Positions 29,516 to 37,511 of a stretch of 64,000 nucleotides of DNA are shown in pieces. The translations under genes were made by a program, and so were the position numbers. The DNA is taken from assembly GCA_963748015.1 (NCBI GenBank), contig CAVVHE010000004.1, positions 288,001-352,000 of the forward strand. Direction: 5' to 3'. The notes below the pieces were generated by a model. That model was not told where the DNA came from. It saw nothing but the letters and a program-made list of their open reading frames with translations, and searched no databases. The DNA comes from Terriglobia bacterium. Lineage in GTDB: Bacteria; Acidobacteriota; Polarisedimenticolia; Polarisedimenticolales; JAIQFR01. Position 1 is the first letter of the stretch, and each line of letters opens with the position of its first letter.

Positions 29516-30675
29516 CCGAGGCGGATCTCGAGCGCAGGAGGGTGCTCGGGGCCCTCCTCGCCGGCGGCGGCGCCTGCGCGCTGGCGCGGCTCGGGATCTC
29601 CGCCTCGCTCGCCCAGGACGCCGCGGCCGGAGCGGGCCCGAGCGTCCCGGCGGCGGACGACCTGTTGGCCCGCCCGGCGCGCTGGTTCAAGAAGCTCGAA
29701 GGCGCGAGGGTCGAGTGCGGTCTCTGCCCGCGGAAGTGCCGCGTCGCCGACATGGAGCGGGGCGCGTGCGGCGTGCGCGAGAACCGCGGCGGCGAGTACT
29801 TCACGCTGGTCCACTCCCGCCCGTGCTCGCTCCATCTCGATCCCGTCGAGAAGAAGCCGTTCTTTCACGTGCTTCCCGGGACGAGCTCGATGTCCCTCGC
29901 GACGGTGGGCTGCAACTTCGAGTGCAAGTTCTGCCAGAACTGGGAGATCGCGCAGGCCCGACCCGAGCAGGTCCCGGCGGCGGATGTGCCGCCGCGGCGT
30001 CTGGCGGAGCTCGCGAAGCAGTACGGCGCGCCGACGATCGCCTGCACGTACACCGAGCCGGTCGTCTGGGCCGAGTACGTGCACGACATCGCGGCGGCCG
30101 GGAAGAAGGCGGGGATCCGCACGCTGATGATCTCGAACGGGTACATCCAGCCGGAGCCGATGGGCGACCTCCTCGAGGTGCTCGGCGCGGTCAAGGTGGA
30201 TCTCAAGGCCTACACCGACAAGTTCTACCGCGTATCCTGCAAGGGCGAGCTGAAGCCGGTCCTCGACACGCTTCGACTGCTCCGGAAGAAGGGGACGTGG
30301 ACCGAGATCGTGGTGCTCGTCGTGCCGACGCTGAACGACGGCGAGCAGGAGCACCGCGAGCTGGCCCGCTTCGTCGCCGGCGAGCTCGGCCCGGACGTCC
30401 CGATCCACTTCACCCGATTCCACCCCGGCTACCGGCTGATGAACCTCCCGAAAACGCCCGTCCCGACGCTCGAGCGCGCCCGCGACATCGCGATGGCGGA
30501 GGGGGTTCGCTACGCCTACGTCGGCAACGTGCCGGGACACCCCGGCAACCATACGTATTGCCCGGGGTGCAAGGCCGTGGTGATCGAGCGAACCGGTCTC
30601 GCCGTCACCCGCAACGGCCTGATCCGGGGGAAGTGCCCGGGCTGCGCGCGCGAAATTCCCGGCATTTGGGTGTGA
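29512..30675 (+). CDS. amrS: AmmeMemoRadiSam system radical SAM enzyme with Tat signal
   Basis: CGLCPRKC, CGVR, DPVEKKP, GCNFECKFCQNWEI, FHPGY, YVGNV and CPGC motifs. The leader is ERRRVLG...SLA. Confidence 0.92.
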   Translation: MTEADLERRRVLGALLAGGGACALARLGISASLAQDAAAGAGPSVPAADDLLARPARWFKKLEGARVECGLCPRKCRVADMERGACGVRENRGGEYFTLVHSRPCSLHLDPVEKKPFFHVLPGTSSMSLATVGCNFECKFCQNWEIAQARPEQVPAADVPPRRLAELAKQYGAPTIACTYTEPVVWAEYVHDIAAAGKKAGIRTLMISNGYIQPEPMGDLLEVLGAVKVDLKAYTDKFYRVSCKGELKPVLDTLRLLRKKGTWTEIVVLVVPTLNDGEQEHRELARFVAGELGPDVPIHFTRFHPGYRLMNLPKTPVPTLERARDIAMAEGVRYAYVGNVPGHPGNHTYCPGCKAVVIERTGLAVTRNGLIRGKCPGCAREIPGIWV

Positions 30676-30709
30676 CCCGGGCAATGTAGTCTGTGTCGGG
30701 GGGACGATC

Positions 30710-31507
30710 ATGGACGAGATCACGGTCCGGAGCTGGGGCGAGCTGCAGGAGCTCCTCTTCGCGGACTCCTGGCAGGAGACGCTGGGCCGTTTCAGGTCCC
30801 CCCTCGCGTTCCGTGGCGGGAACGACGCGAGGGCGGAGCTGAAGTCCGGGCTCCTCAAGCTCGGGGGCGCGCCGAGCCGCCAGGAGGGGCACCTCCTCCG
30901 CAACTTCCGCAAGTACGCCCACCGCGACGCGGTGCCCGGGGACTCCGTCTGGAACTGGCTCGCCCTAGGGCAGCACCACGGGCTGCCCACCCGGCTCCTC
31001 GACTGGTCGTTCTCGCCCTACGTCGCGCTGCACTTCGCGACCGAGGACACCGACCGCTACGCCCTCGACGGCGTGCTGTGGTGCATCGACTACGTGAAGA
31101 TCCACGAGCGGCTGCCGGCCCCGCTGCGCGCCGTCCTCGAGCACGAGGGGTCGAACGTCTTCACCGCGGAGATGCTCCAGAGGGTGGCTCCCTCGCTGGA
31201 GAGGTTCGACGCCCTGTCCTCCGAGCCGTTCGTGCTGTTCCTCGAGCCGCCGTCGCTCGACGACCGGATCGTGAACCAGTTCGCGCTGTTCTCCCTGATC
31301 TCGAACCCGACCGTCAGGTTCGATGCGTGGCTGCGCGAGCACCCCGGTCTCTGTCGCCGGCTCGTGCTGCCGGCCGGCCTCAAGTGGGAAGCCCGCGACA
31401 AGCTCGACCAGGCCAACCTCACCGAGCGTGTGCTCTTCCCCGGCCTCGACGGTCTGAGCCGCTGGCTGAAGCGCTACTACACCCCGACGCCGGAGCCGCG
31501 CGCCTGA
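30710..31507 (+). CDS. FRG domain protein
   Basis: AFRG, QHHGLPTRLLDWS, RIVNQ and LFPGLDG motifs. Confidence 0.9.
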   Translation: MDEITVRSWGELQELLFADSWQETLGRFRSPLAFRGGNDARAELKSGLLKLGGAPSRQEGHLLRNFRKYAHRDAVPGDSVWNWLALGQHHGLPTRLLDWSFSPYVALHFATEDTDRYALDGVLWCIDYVKIHERLPAPLRAVLEHEGSNVFTAEMLQRVAPSLERFDALSSEPFVLFLEPPSLDDRIVNQFALFSLISNPTVRFDAWLREHPGLCRRLVLPAGLKWEARDKLDQANLTERVLFPGLDGLSRWLKRYYTPTPEPRA

Positions 31508-31522
31508 ATTCCGGCTCCCCAT

Positions 31523-31677
31523 GGTGGACGCGAGATTGTGGGATGTTCGGACGCGAGCCGACCCCATGCGATACGCTGTCCACCTGCGGACGCCCGCTCC
31601 CCCTTCATGACACGGAATCGAGCCTTTTGGGTTAGCTCGACCGCGACGCCTCCCGAACCCACAATCTCGCGTCCACC
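31523..31677. repeat. 155-bp element bounded by perfect 20-bp inverted repeats
   Basis: GGTGGACGCGAGATTGTGGG at 31523-31542 and its exact reverse complement at 31658-31677, between convergent genes. Confidence 0.8.
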
Positions 31678-31687
31678 CTGCGCGCGG

Positions 31688-34003
31688 TCAGGCGGTCCGC
31701 TTCGAGGGAGTCACGGCGAGCAGGATCGCGACGGCGGAGAGGCTCTGGAGGAGCGCGAGCACGAGGCAGGTGGCGCGCAGGCCCAGGGTCGGGACGAAGA
31801 GGACGGCGACCGATAGGGCGGCGAAGGCCGCGCCCGCGTGGTCGGCGGCCTCGACACGGGCGGCGGCGTCGCGGGCGCCCGCTCCGTGCGAGAGAAGGAC
31901 GCCGGCCGCTGCCGGGAACACCGTGCCGGTCGCGACACCCGAGAGGACCAGCAGGGCGCCGAGCGGCAGCGCGCCGCTCCATCTCGAGTCGGAGGCGGCG
32001 CCCCCGATCGAGGCCAGGACGGCCGGCAGCAGGACGGCGAACGCGAGCGCGAGCCCGCCCGCCGCGAGAAGCCAGCGGTCGGAATCCTCGTCGGAGGCCT
32101 CGGCGGCGGCGCGCGCCCCCCAGCCGCCGACCGCGAGCCCGCACATGAAAGCCGCGGTCAGCCAGCCGAGCTGCCCGTAGAGCGCCCCCACCCGTGTCTG
32201 GAAGGCGAAGAGCAGGATCAGGCTCCATGCCATGCCGCACGCGCCGGTCACGGTCACGGCGTGAAGGGCCGCGAGCGCGCGCGCCGGTCTTCCCCGAGCC
32301 CGCCGGACAGCGCAGGTCGCGACCAGCGCGAGCGACGGGAGGAGCGCGAGCAGGGCGGGTCCCCACGTGCCCGGGAATCGGCTTCCCGAGAGGCGGCGGG
32401 CGAGCGCGCTCCCCGCGATCGTCTGGCGGAGTGCGAGGGCGTGGAGGAACGAGACCGGGCGCTCGTCGCGACTCGCGGGGACTTCCGCGGCCGCTCGCAA
32501 GAGCGCCGATTCCTGCGCTTCGACCCGCTCCTCCGGGAACAGGAGCGCGAACGTCTCCGGCACCACGGCGCGCGAGACGATCTTCCGCTCGCGGAAGCGC
32601 GACGCGAGGATCGCCGGGTCGAGCGTCGCGGCATCGGCGCGGAAGCCGGCGACCAGAAGCCCCTCGGGCCCCGGCGTCGCCAGGACCACCGGGAAGGCGC
32701 CCCGAAGCGCGCGGTACACCGAGCCGCCGAGCGAGGCGGCCTCTCCGGTGAGTACGTTGGGCGGGGTCCTGAGGCTCGTCGCGAGCACGCCGTCCGGCGC
32801 GAGCCGGGACGCGGCGAGGCGAAAGAACTCCGCGGTCGAGAGCCGCGCGAGGAGGAGGGTCACCGGGTCGGGCTGCCGCACGAGGATCAGCTCGTACGGT
32901 GCTCCGCCGCGGGCGAGAAACGCCCGCGGGTCGTCGAAGACGATGCGGACCCTTCGGTCGCGGAGCGCCTCGGCGTCCTCCGGCGGGAGGAGTCGCCGCA
33001 CGAGATCGAAAGCGCGCTCGTCCATCTCGACGAGGTCCACGCGCTCGACGGGATGGAGGAGCAGGAATCGCAGCCCGCCGAGGGCTAGCCCGCCGACCGC
33101 CAGGACACGCGCCGGCCTCGGGGCGAGGCAGGCGGCGGCGTGCGTCTCGATCTCCTGCTCCTCGGCGTCGGGGAACGACCCGGCGTACTGCCCGCCGGCG
33201 TAGAGGTGGCGCACGGAATCGCCCGCGATCGACACGTGCTGGTACGGCGTGTCCAGCCACTCCACGAGCGGGATCCCCGGGACGATCGCGCGGAAGCGCG
33301 CGCGCTCGGTGGCTTCCTCGAGCCCCGACGAGACGGGAGGGAGGGCGAGCAGCACCAGGCCGAGCGCGACGGCCGGCAGCGCCACGCGCCCCGGTATCAG
33401 CCCCAGCCTGGCCGCGGGAAAGGCCGCCGCCAGGGCGAGGGCCCCGGCGATCGCCGCGGCGTGGAGGGGCGATGCGAGCGGGATCAGCACGAAGGTCACC
33501 GCGAGGCCCGACGCGAGCGACCCGGCGGCCTCCAGCACGTAAAGCCGGGAGATGGCGGCGCCGTCCGCGAAGCCGGTCCGGACCGCCGCCGCGGCGAGAG
33601 CGGTGAACGTGAGGCCGACGAGAACGCCCGGGAGGGCCATCACCGCGATCGCGAGGAGCAGCGACACGCCGAGCGCAGGCACCTCGCCCGGCGCCGCCGG
33701 CAGGGCCAGGCGCGCCAGGCGGGCGGCGAGGAGCTCCGCGACGCCGGCGACCGCGAGAAGACCGAGGCCCACGGCCACGGCGCGGGCCGGGCGATCGCGC
33801 GCGAGCCGGCGGCCGCCGGCCGCCCCCGCGGCGATCCCTCCGAGCCAGCTCGCGAGCCCGAGCCCGACGGCGGTCTCGTCCCCCTGGAGAGAAACCAGCA
33901 GCTCGCGCAGGAGCAGCACCTGGACCGCGAGCGCCAGCGCCCCCGCCGAGAAGAACAGGAGCGATACGGGGAGGACGGGAGCGCGGGCAGGGGAACCGGA
34001 CAT
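31688..34003 (-). CDS. Polytopic membrane protein with spermidine synthase-like domain
   Basis: TM block, then TPYQHV / VLAVGG / VEMD / PDP / STAEFF, then a second TM block. Confidence 0.82.
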   Translation of the reverse strand: MSGSPARAPVLPVSLLFFSAGALALAVQVLLLRELLVSLQGDETAVGLGLASWLGGIAAGAAGGRRLARDRPARAVAVGLGLLAVAGVAELLAARLARLALPAAPGEVPALGVSLLLAIAVMALPGVLVGLTFTALAAAAVRTGFADGAAISRLYVLEAAGSLASGLAVTFVLIPLASPLHAAAIAGALALAAAFPAARLGLIPGRVALPAVALGLVLLALPPVSSGLEEATERARFRAIVPGIPLVEWLDTPYQHVSIAGDSVRHLYAGGQYAGSFPDAEEQEIETHAAACLAPRPARVLAVGGLALGGLRFLLLHPVERVDLVEMDERAFDLVRRLLPPEDAEALRDRRVRIVFDDPRAFLARGGAPYELILVRQPDPVTLLLARLSTAEFFRLAASRLAPDGVLATSLRTPPNVLTGEAASLGGSVYRALRGAFPVVLATPGPEGLLVAGFRADAATLDPAILASRFRERKIVSRAVVPETFALLFPEERVEAQESALLRAAAEVPASRDERPVSFLHALALRQTIAGSALARRLSGSRFPGTWGPALLALLPSLALVATCAVRRARGRPARALAALHAVTVTGACGMAWSLILLFAFQTRVGALYGQLGWLTAAFMCGLAVGGWGARAAAEASDEDSDRWLLAAGGLALAFAVLLPAVLASIGGAASDSRWSGALPLGALLVLSGVATGTVFPAAAGVLLSHGAGARDAAARVEAADHAGAAFAALSVAVLFVPTLGLRATCLVLALLQSLSAVAILLAVTPSKRTA

Positions 34004-34007
34004 CCGG

Positions 34008-34475
34008 CTACTGGCCCTTCAGGAACGCCAGGACCTCGGCCGGATGCTCGGCAGCCTTCTTCACGGCGAGCCAGTGCCTGAGAACCTTCCCGTCCGGGCC
34101 GATCAGGACGGTCGACCGGATCGTCCCGGTCACCTTCTTCCCGTACATCGTCTTCTCCCCCCACGCGCCGTACGCCTTCATGACGGCGGTCTCGGGATCG
34201 GAGAGGAGAACGAACGGTAGGCCGAAGTCACGGATGAACTTGTCGTGGGCCGCGATGCTGTCCTTGCTCACCCCCAGGACCACGGCGCCGGCCTTCGCGA
34301 AGCCCTTCTGCAGGTCTCGAAAGCCGCAGGCTTCCTTCGTGCAGCCCGGTGTGTTGTCCCTCGGGTAGAAGTAGAGCACCACGGTCTTCCCGCGGTACTC
34401 CTCGAGCGAGTGCGTCTTGCCGTCGCTTCCCGTCAGATCGAAACGAGGAGCTTTCTTCCCTTCGAGAGCGGACAC
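34008..34475 (-). CDS. bcp: Peroxiredoxin Bcp/PrxQ
   Basis: YFYPRDNTPGCTKEAC motif. Confidence 0.93.
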   Translation of the reverse strand: MSALEGKKAPRFDLTGSDGKTHSLEEYRGKTVVLYFYPRDNTPGCTKEACGFRDLQKGFAKAGAVVLGVSKDSIAAHDKFIRDFGLPFVLLSDPETAVMKAYGAWGEKTMYGKKVTGTIRSTVLIGPDGKVLRHWLAVKKAAEHPAEVLAFLKGQ

Positions 34476-34581
34476 GGTGCACCTCCGCCTGTCGGATTAG
34501 GAGTAGACGCTAACGCGCCCACGGACGCCGCGTCAAACGGGCTAGGCGGCGCTCTGCCCCGACCGCCGGTGTTGCGGCCGT

Positions 34582-36192
34582 TCAGAAGCGATAGGAGAGG
34601 GTCGTGTACAGCTGGTCGGTGCCCTCGGAGGCGCCGCGGTTGCACTCCGCGGAGATCGTCAGCAGCACGCGGCGGCCGAAGACGGCATCCCAGTCGATGC
34701 CGTACCAGTTCAGGCGGCCGGTCGGGATGGCGGTGGAGAGCGCCGACTCGCTCCGGGTCCCGGCGTGGATCTCGAGGCGAGACCACGCGGCCAGATCCGC
34801 CGACGCGGAAAGCGTGTGCAGCCACCCTTCCGCGACGTCGCTCGTGTACCGCGTACTGCGGAGGTTGGCGCGGAACCCCCGGCTGCCGAATCCGTGAACT
34901 CCCGCCCTGACCGTGTAGGCATCGGCCTTACCGTGGCCGCCGCCGTCGCTCTGCCGTCCCTCGAGCCCGTAGCGCACGTGCGAGCCCGCCTTGCCGTCGA
35001 AGCCGGCCCAGTAGCCCTGCCTGTAGCCGTCGTCGAACTCGGTCTCGGGGGTGATCGTGTCGCGATAGAGACGCACGTTCCGGCGGTCGTCGTACCCTCC
35101 CTGCACCGAGATGGCGTCGGTCGCCCGGTAATGCAGGCTCGCGAACGTGCTCGTGAGGGTGTACGTCTCCCCCTCGGCGTCCTTCTTCCATCCGCGGTTG
35201 ACGTCCAGTTCCTCCGCGGCGAAGACGGAGAGGCGAGAGCCCTCGTAGCGCTGCTGGGAGTAGGCGAACTCGCGATTGATCTCCCCGTCGTCGTAGGATC
35301 CGATGAGCCCCGCGGTCACCGCCCAGCGGCGCGCCGCGCCGGGAGGCGCGCCGTACTCGTAGTAGCCGCCGTACTCGCGCACCTCGGAGGCGTAGGCGTA
35401 GGTCAGGGGATCCGGCTGGGTGCCGGTGAAGAGACCGGCGCCCCATCGCTCCTTGCGGTATTCCGCGGAAAGCCCGTCGAACAGGCTGACCACCGCGAGC
35501 GAGGGGGAGAACTGGCGGCCGAGCGTGACGCGGAGCGGCTTGACGCTGTCGCGGTACGAGGCGGAGAGACGATAGAGGCGGTTGCGCGTCTCCGTTCCGC
35601 CCCCCGAGAAGGTCCTGGTGGTCCGCCGCGAGCGGATGTCCACGTCGAGGTCGATCGGCGCCCCGGCGATCTGGGTGCCGTTGAGGCGGAAATCGAGCGC
35701 CGGCTGGCGGTACCCCCCTTCGCCGTCGATCCAGCGCATCGCGAGGTAGCGAAAGCCGATTCGGCCGCGGAGGCCGGCGGCGCGCAGGCCGTCCATGAAG
35801 GACCCGTTCGCCGGCTCGGGCGACGGGGTCGCGGCGGGAGCCGCTGCCGGTGCCGGCGCCGGCGGCGCGGCCTGAGCCGTATCCGCGGCGCGCCGGACCT
35901 CGTCTCCCGCGGCGAGTTCCGGCGCCGCGCCGAGCCGGGCGCACCGCGCCCGGCTCACCGTGACCTCGACCACCTCGAGCCGGGCGACGACCCGCTCGCC
36001 CCGCACGACGTCGAGCTGGTCGCCCATCGCCAGGCCCGCGTCGGTTCCGGTCTCGAGATAGACGGAGGTGCTCGTCACGTAGCTCACCCGGGAGGACGCC
36101 GCCGCGTCGCCGGATGCCCAAGCGCGGACCGGCAGGAGGGCGATTCCGGCGGCCAGCAGCGTGACCGCGAGACCGGCTCGCGAGCTCCTCAT
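34582..36192 (-). CDS. Putative outer-membrane beta-barrel protein
   Basis: Signal peptide (AWA), small N-terminal beta domain, Pro/Ala linker, Tyr/Gly/Arg-rich amphipathic strands and C-terminal LSYRF. ATGA overlap with the cytochrome gene. Confidence 0.75.
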   Translation of the reverse strand: MRSSRAGLAVTLLAAGIALLPVRAWASGDAAASSRVSYVTSTSVYLETGTDAGLAMGDQLDVVRGERVVARLEVVEVTVSRARCARLGAAPELAAGDEVRRAADTAQAAPPAPAPAAAPAATPSPEPANGSFMDGLRAAGLRGRIGFRYLAMRWIDGEGGYRQPALDFRLNGTQIAGAPIDLDVDIRSRRTTRTFSGGGTETRNRLYRLSASYRDSVKPLRVTLGRQFSPSLAVVSLFDGLSAEYRKERWGAGLFTGTQPDPLTYAYASEVREYGGYYEYGAPPGAARRWAVTAGLIGSYDDGEINREFAYSQQRYEGSRLSVFAAEELDVNRGWKKDAEGETYTLTSTFASLHYRATDAISVQGGYDDRRNVRLYRDTITPETEFDDGYRQGYWAGFDGKAGSHVRYGLEGRQSDGGGHGKADAYTVRAGVHGFGSRGFRANLRSTRYTSDVAEGWLHTLSASADLAAWSRLEIHAGTRSESALSTAIPTGRLNWYGIDWDAVFGRRVLLTISAECNRGASEGTDQLYTTLSYRF

Positions 36193-37301
36193 CGCCGGAT
36201 CCCCCTCGAATTCGCCGAGCCGGTGGGGTGGCAGACATAGCAAGCGTTGCTGACGTACTCGTAGCTGACGACGGTGGTGTGCCTGGAATCCGTCTCCTGC
36301 TGCGGGTGGCACGACAGGCAGTAGAACACCGCGTAGCTGCCGGAGTTCGTGTGGCAATCGGAGCAGTGCGCCCAGCGTTCGGCGTGTCTGCCGGCGTAGA
36401 TCGGGAAGTAAAGCCCGTCGTGCTGCGTGAACCTCGCCCCCGCGAAACCCGTCGTGACGTGGCAGAGCTCGCACTCCGTGGAGAACCCTGCCACGCGATG
36501 GTTCGGGTCGGTCACGCTCTCGTAAGCCGCCTGGTGGCACGAGTAGCAGGCGGTGGACCTGCCCGCATACACCCCGTCGGCGTGGCAGGACGAGCAGGGC
36601 AACCCGACGTGGGCGCCCGTGAGGGGGAAGGCCGTGACGGAGTGGTCGAAGGCCGCTCCCGCGAAGCTCACCGTGTTGTGGCAGCGCGCGCAGTCGGACG
36701 GAAAGCCGGCGGCGTCGTGGTTCACCGGCTCGGAAACCGGTTTCTGGGGGGCCGCGGGGTAGGCCGTGCTGTCGTGGCAGCCGGCGCAGTCCACCGGCAG
36801 GTTCACGTACATCATGCGCCCGAGCGACCGGGAGCGGTGGCAGGCCTCGCAGTCCGCCGCGGCATGCGCCCCGGACAGAGGGAAGCGAAGCGTCCGGTGC
36901 AGCCGGAGCGCCTCGGAGCGGTCGATGAAGCTCCGGGGGGAGTGGCACCGGCCGCAATCCGTCCCCATCTCGCCGCGGTGGACGTCCTGGTGGCAGCTCA
37001 CGCAGTCCTTGCGAGCCCGCTTGAACTCGAGCGAGACGTGGCAGGCGCCGCACCTCACGGTCCGGTGGGCGCCCTGGAGCGGGAAGCGCTTCGAGTGCAC
37101 GAACTCCTTGGTCGGCTCCGCGGGAAGCCACTGCTCGTCCCGGTGGCAGAGATTGCAGTCCTCCTGGTACTCGCCGTGCGGGTAGGGCCGGTCGCGCGGA
37201 TCGTCGGCTCGCGAGTCGGCGAGAGGCCAGGCCAACGCGGCGGTAAGCAGCGCGCCGAGGACGAACAGCCCTGGCCCGGATCGCCCGGCTACCGGTCTCA
37301 T
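36189..37301 (-). CDS. Multiheme cytochrome c (13 CxxCH)
   Basis: Signal peptide; CNLCH, CGACH, CVSCH, CGRCH, CEACH, CAGCH, CARCH, CSSCH, CYSCH, CELCH, CSDCH, CLSCH and CYVCH; repeated FPLxGAH. Confidence 0.93.
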   Translation of the reverse strand: MRPVAGRSGPGLFVLGALLTAALAWPLADSRADDPRDRPYPHGEYQEDCNLCHRDEQWLPAEPTKEFVHSKRFPLQGAHRTVRCGACHVSLEFKRARKDCVSCHQDVHRGEMGTDCGRCHSPRSFIDRSEALRLHRTLRFPLSGAHAAADCEACHRSRSLGRMMYVNLPVDCAGCHDSTAYPAAPQKPVSEPVNHDAAGFPSDCARCHNTVSFAGAAFDHSVTAFPLTGAHVGLPCSSCHADGVYAGRSTACYSCHQAAYESVTDPNHRVAGFSTECELCHVTTGFAGARFTQHDGLYFPIYAGRHAERWAHCSDCHTNSGSYAVFYCLSCHPQQETDSRHTTVVSYEYVSNACYVCHPTGSANSRGIRR

Positions 37302-37511
37302 GCCCCCGCCTCCCGCGCGAAACGCCGCCGGCGGCGACACAACGGCCGCCGCCGGCGCGAGCTCGGCGGGACGATAACAAATCCGGAAAACGTTGAAAAC
37401 AACTTTGTCGCGGTTTTCGGTCGGCGGGACGAGGCTACAATCGTCCTTCGAAGCGGGTCCGGCGCCACGCGAGGTCCTCGGGCGACGTCGCTGCGGGCGC
37501 GAGGAGAACGC

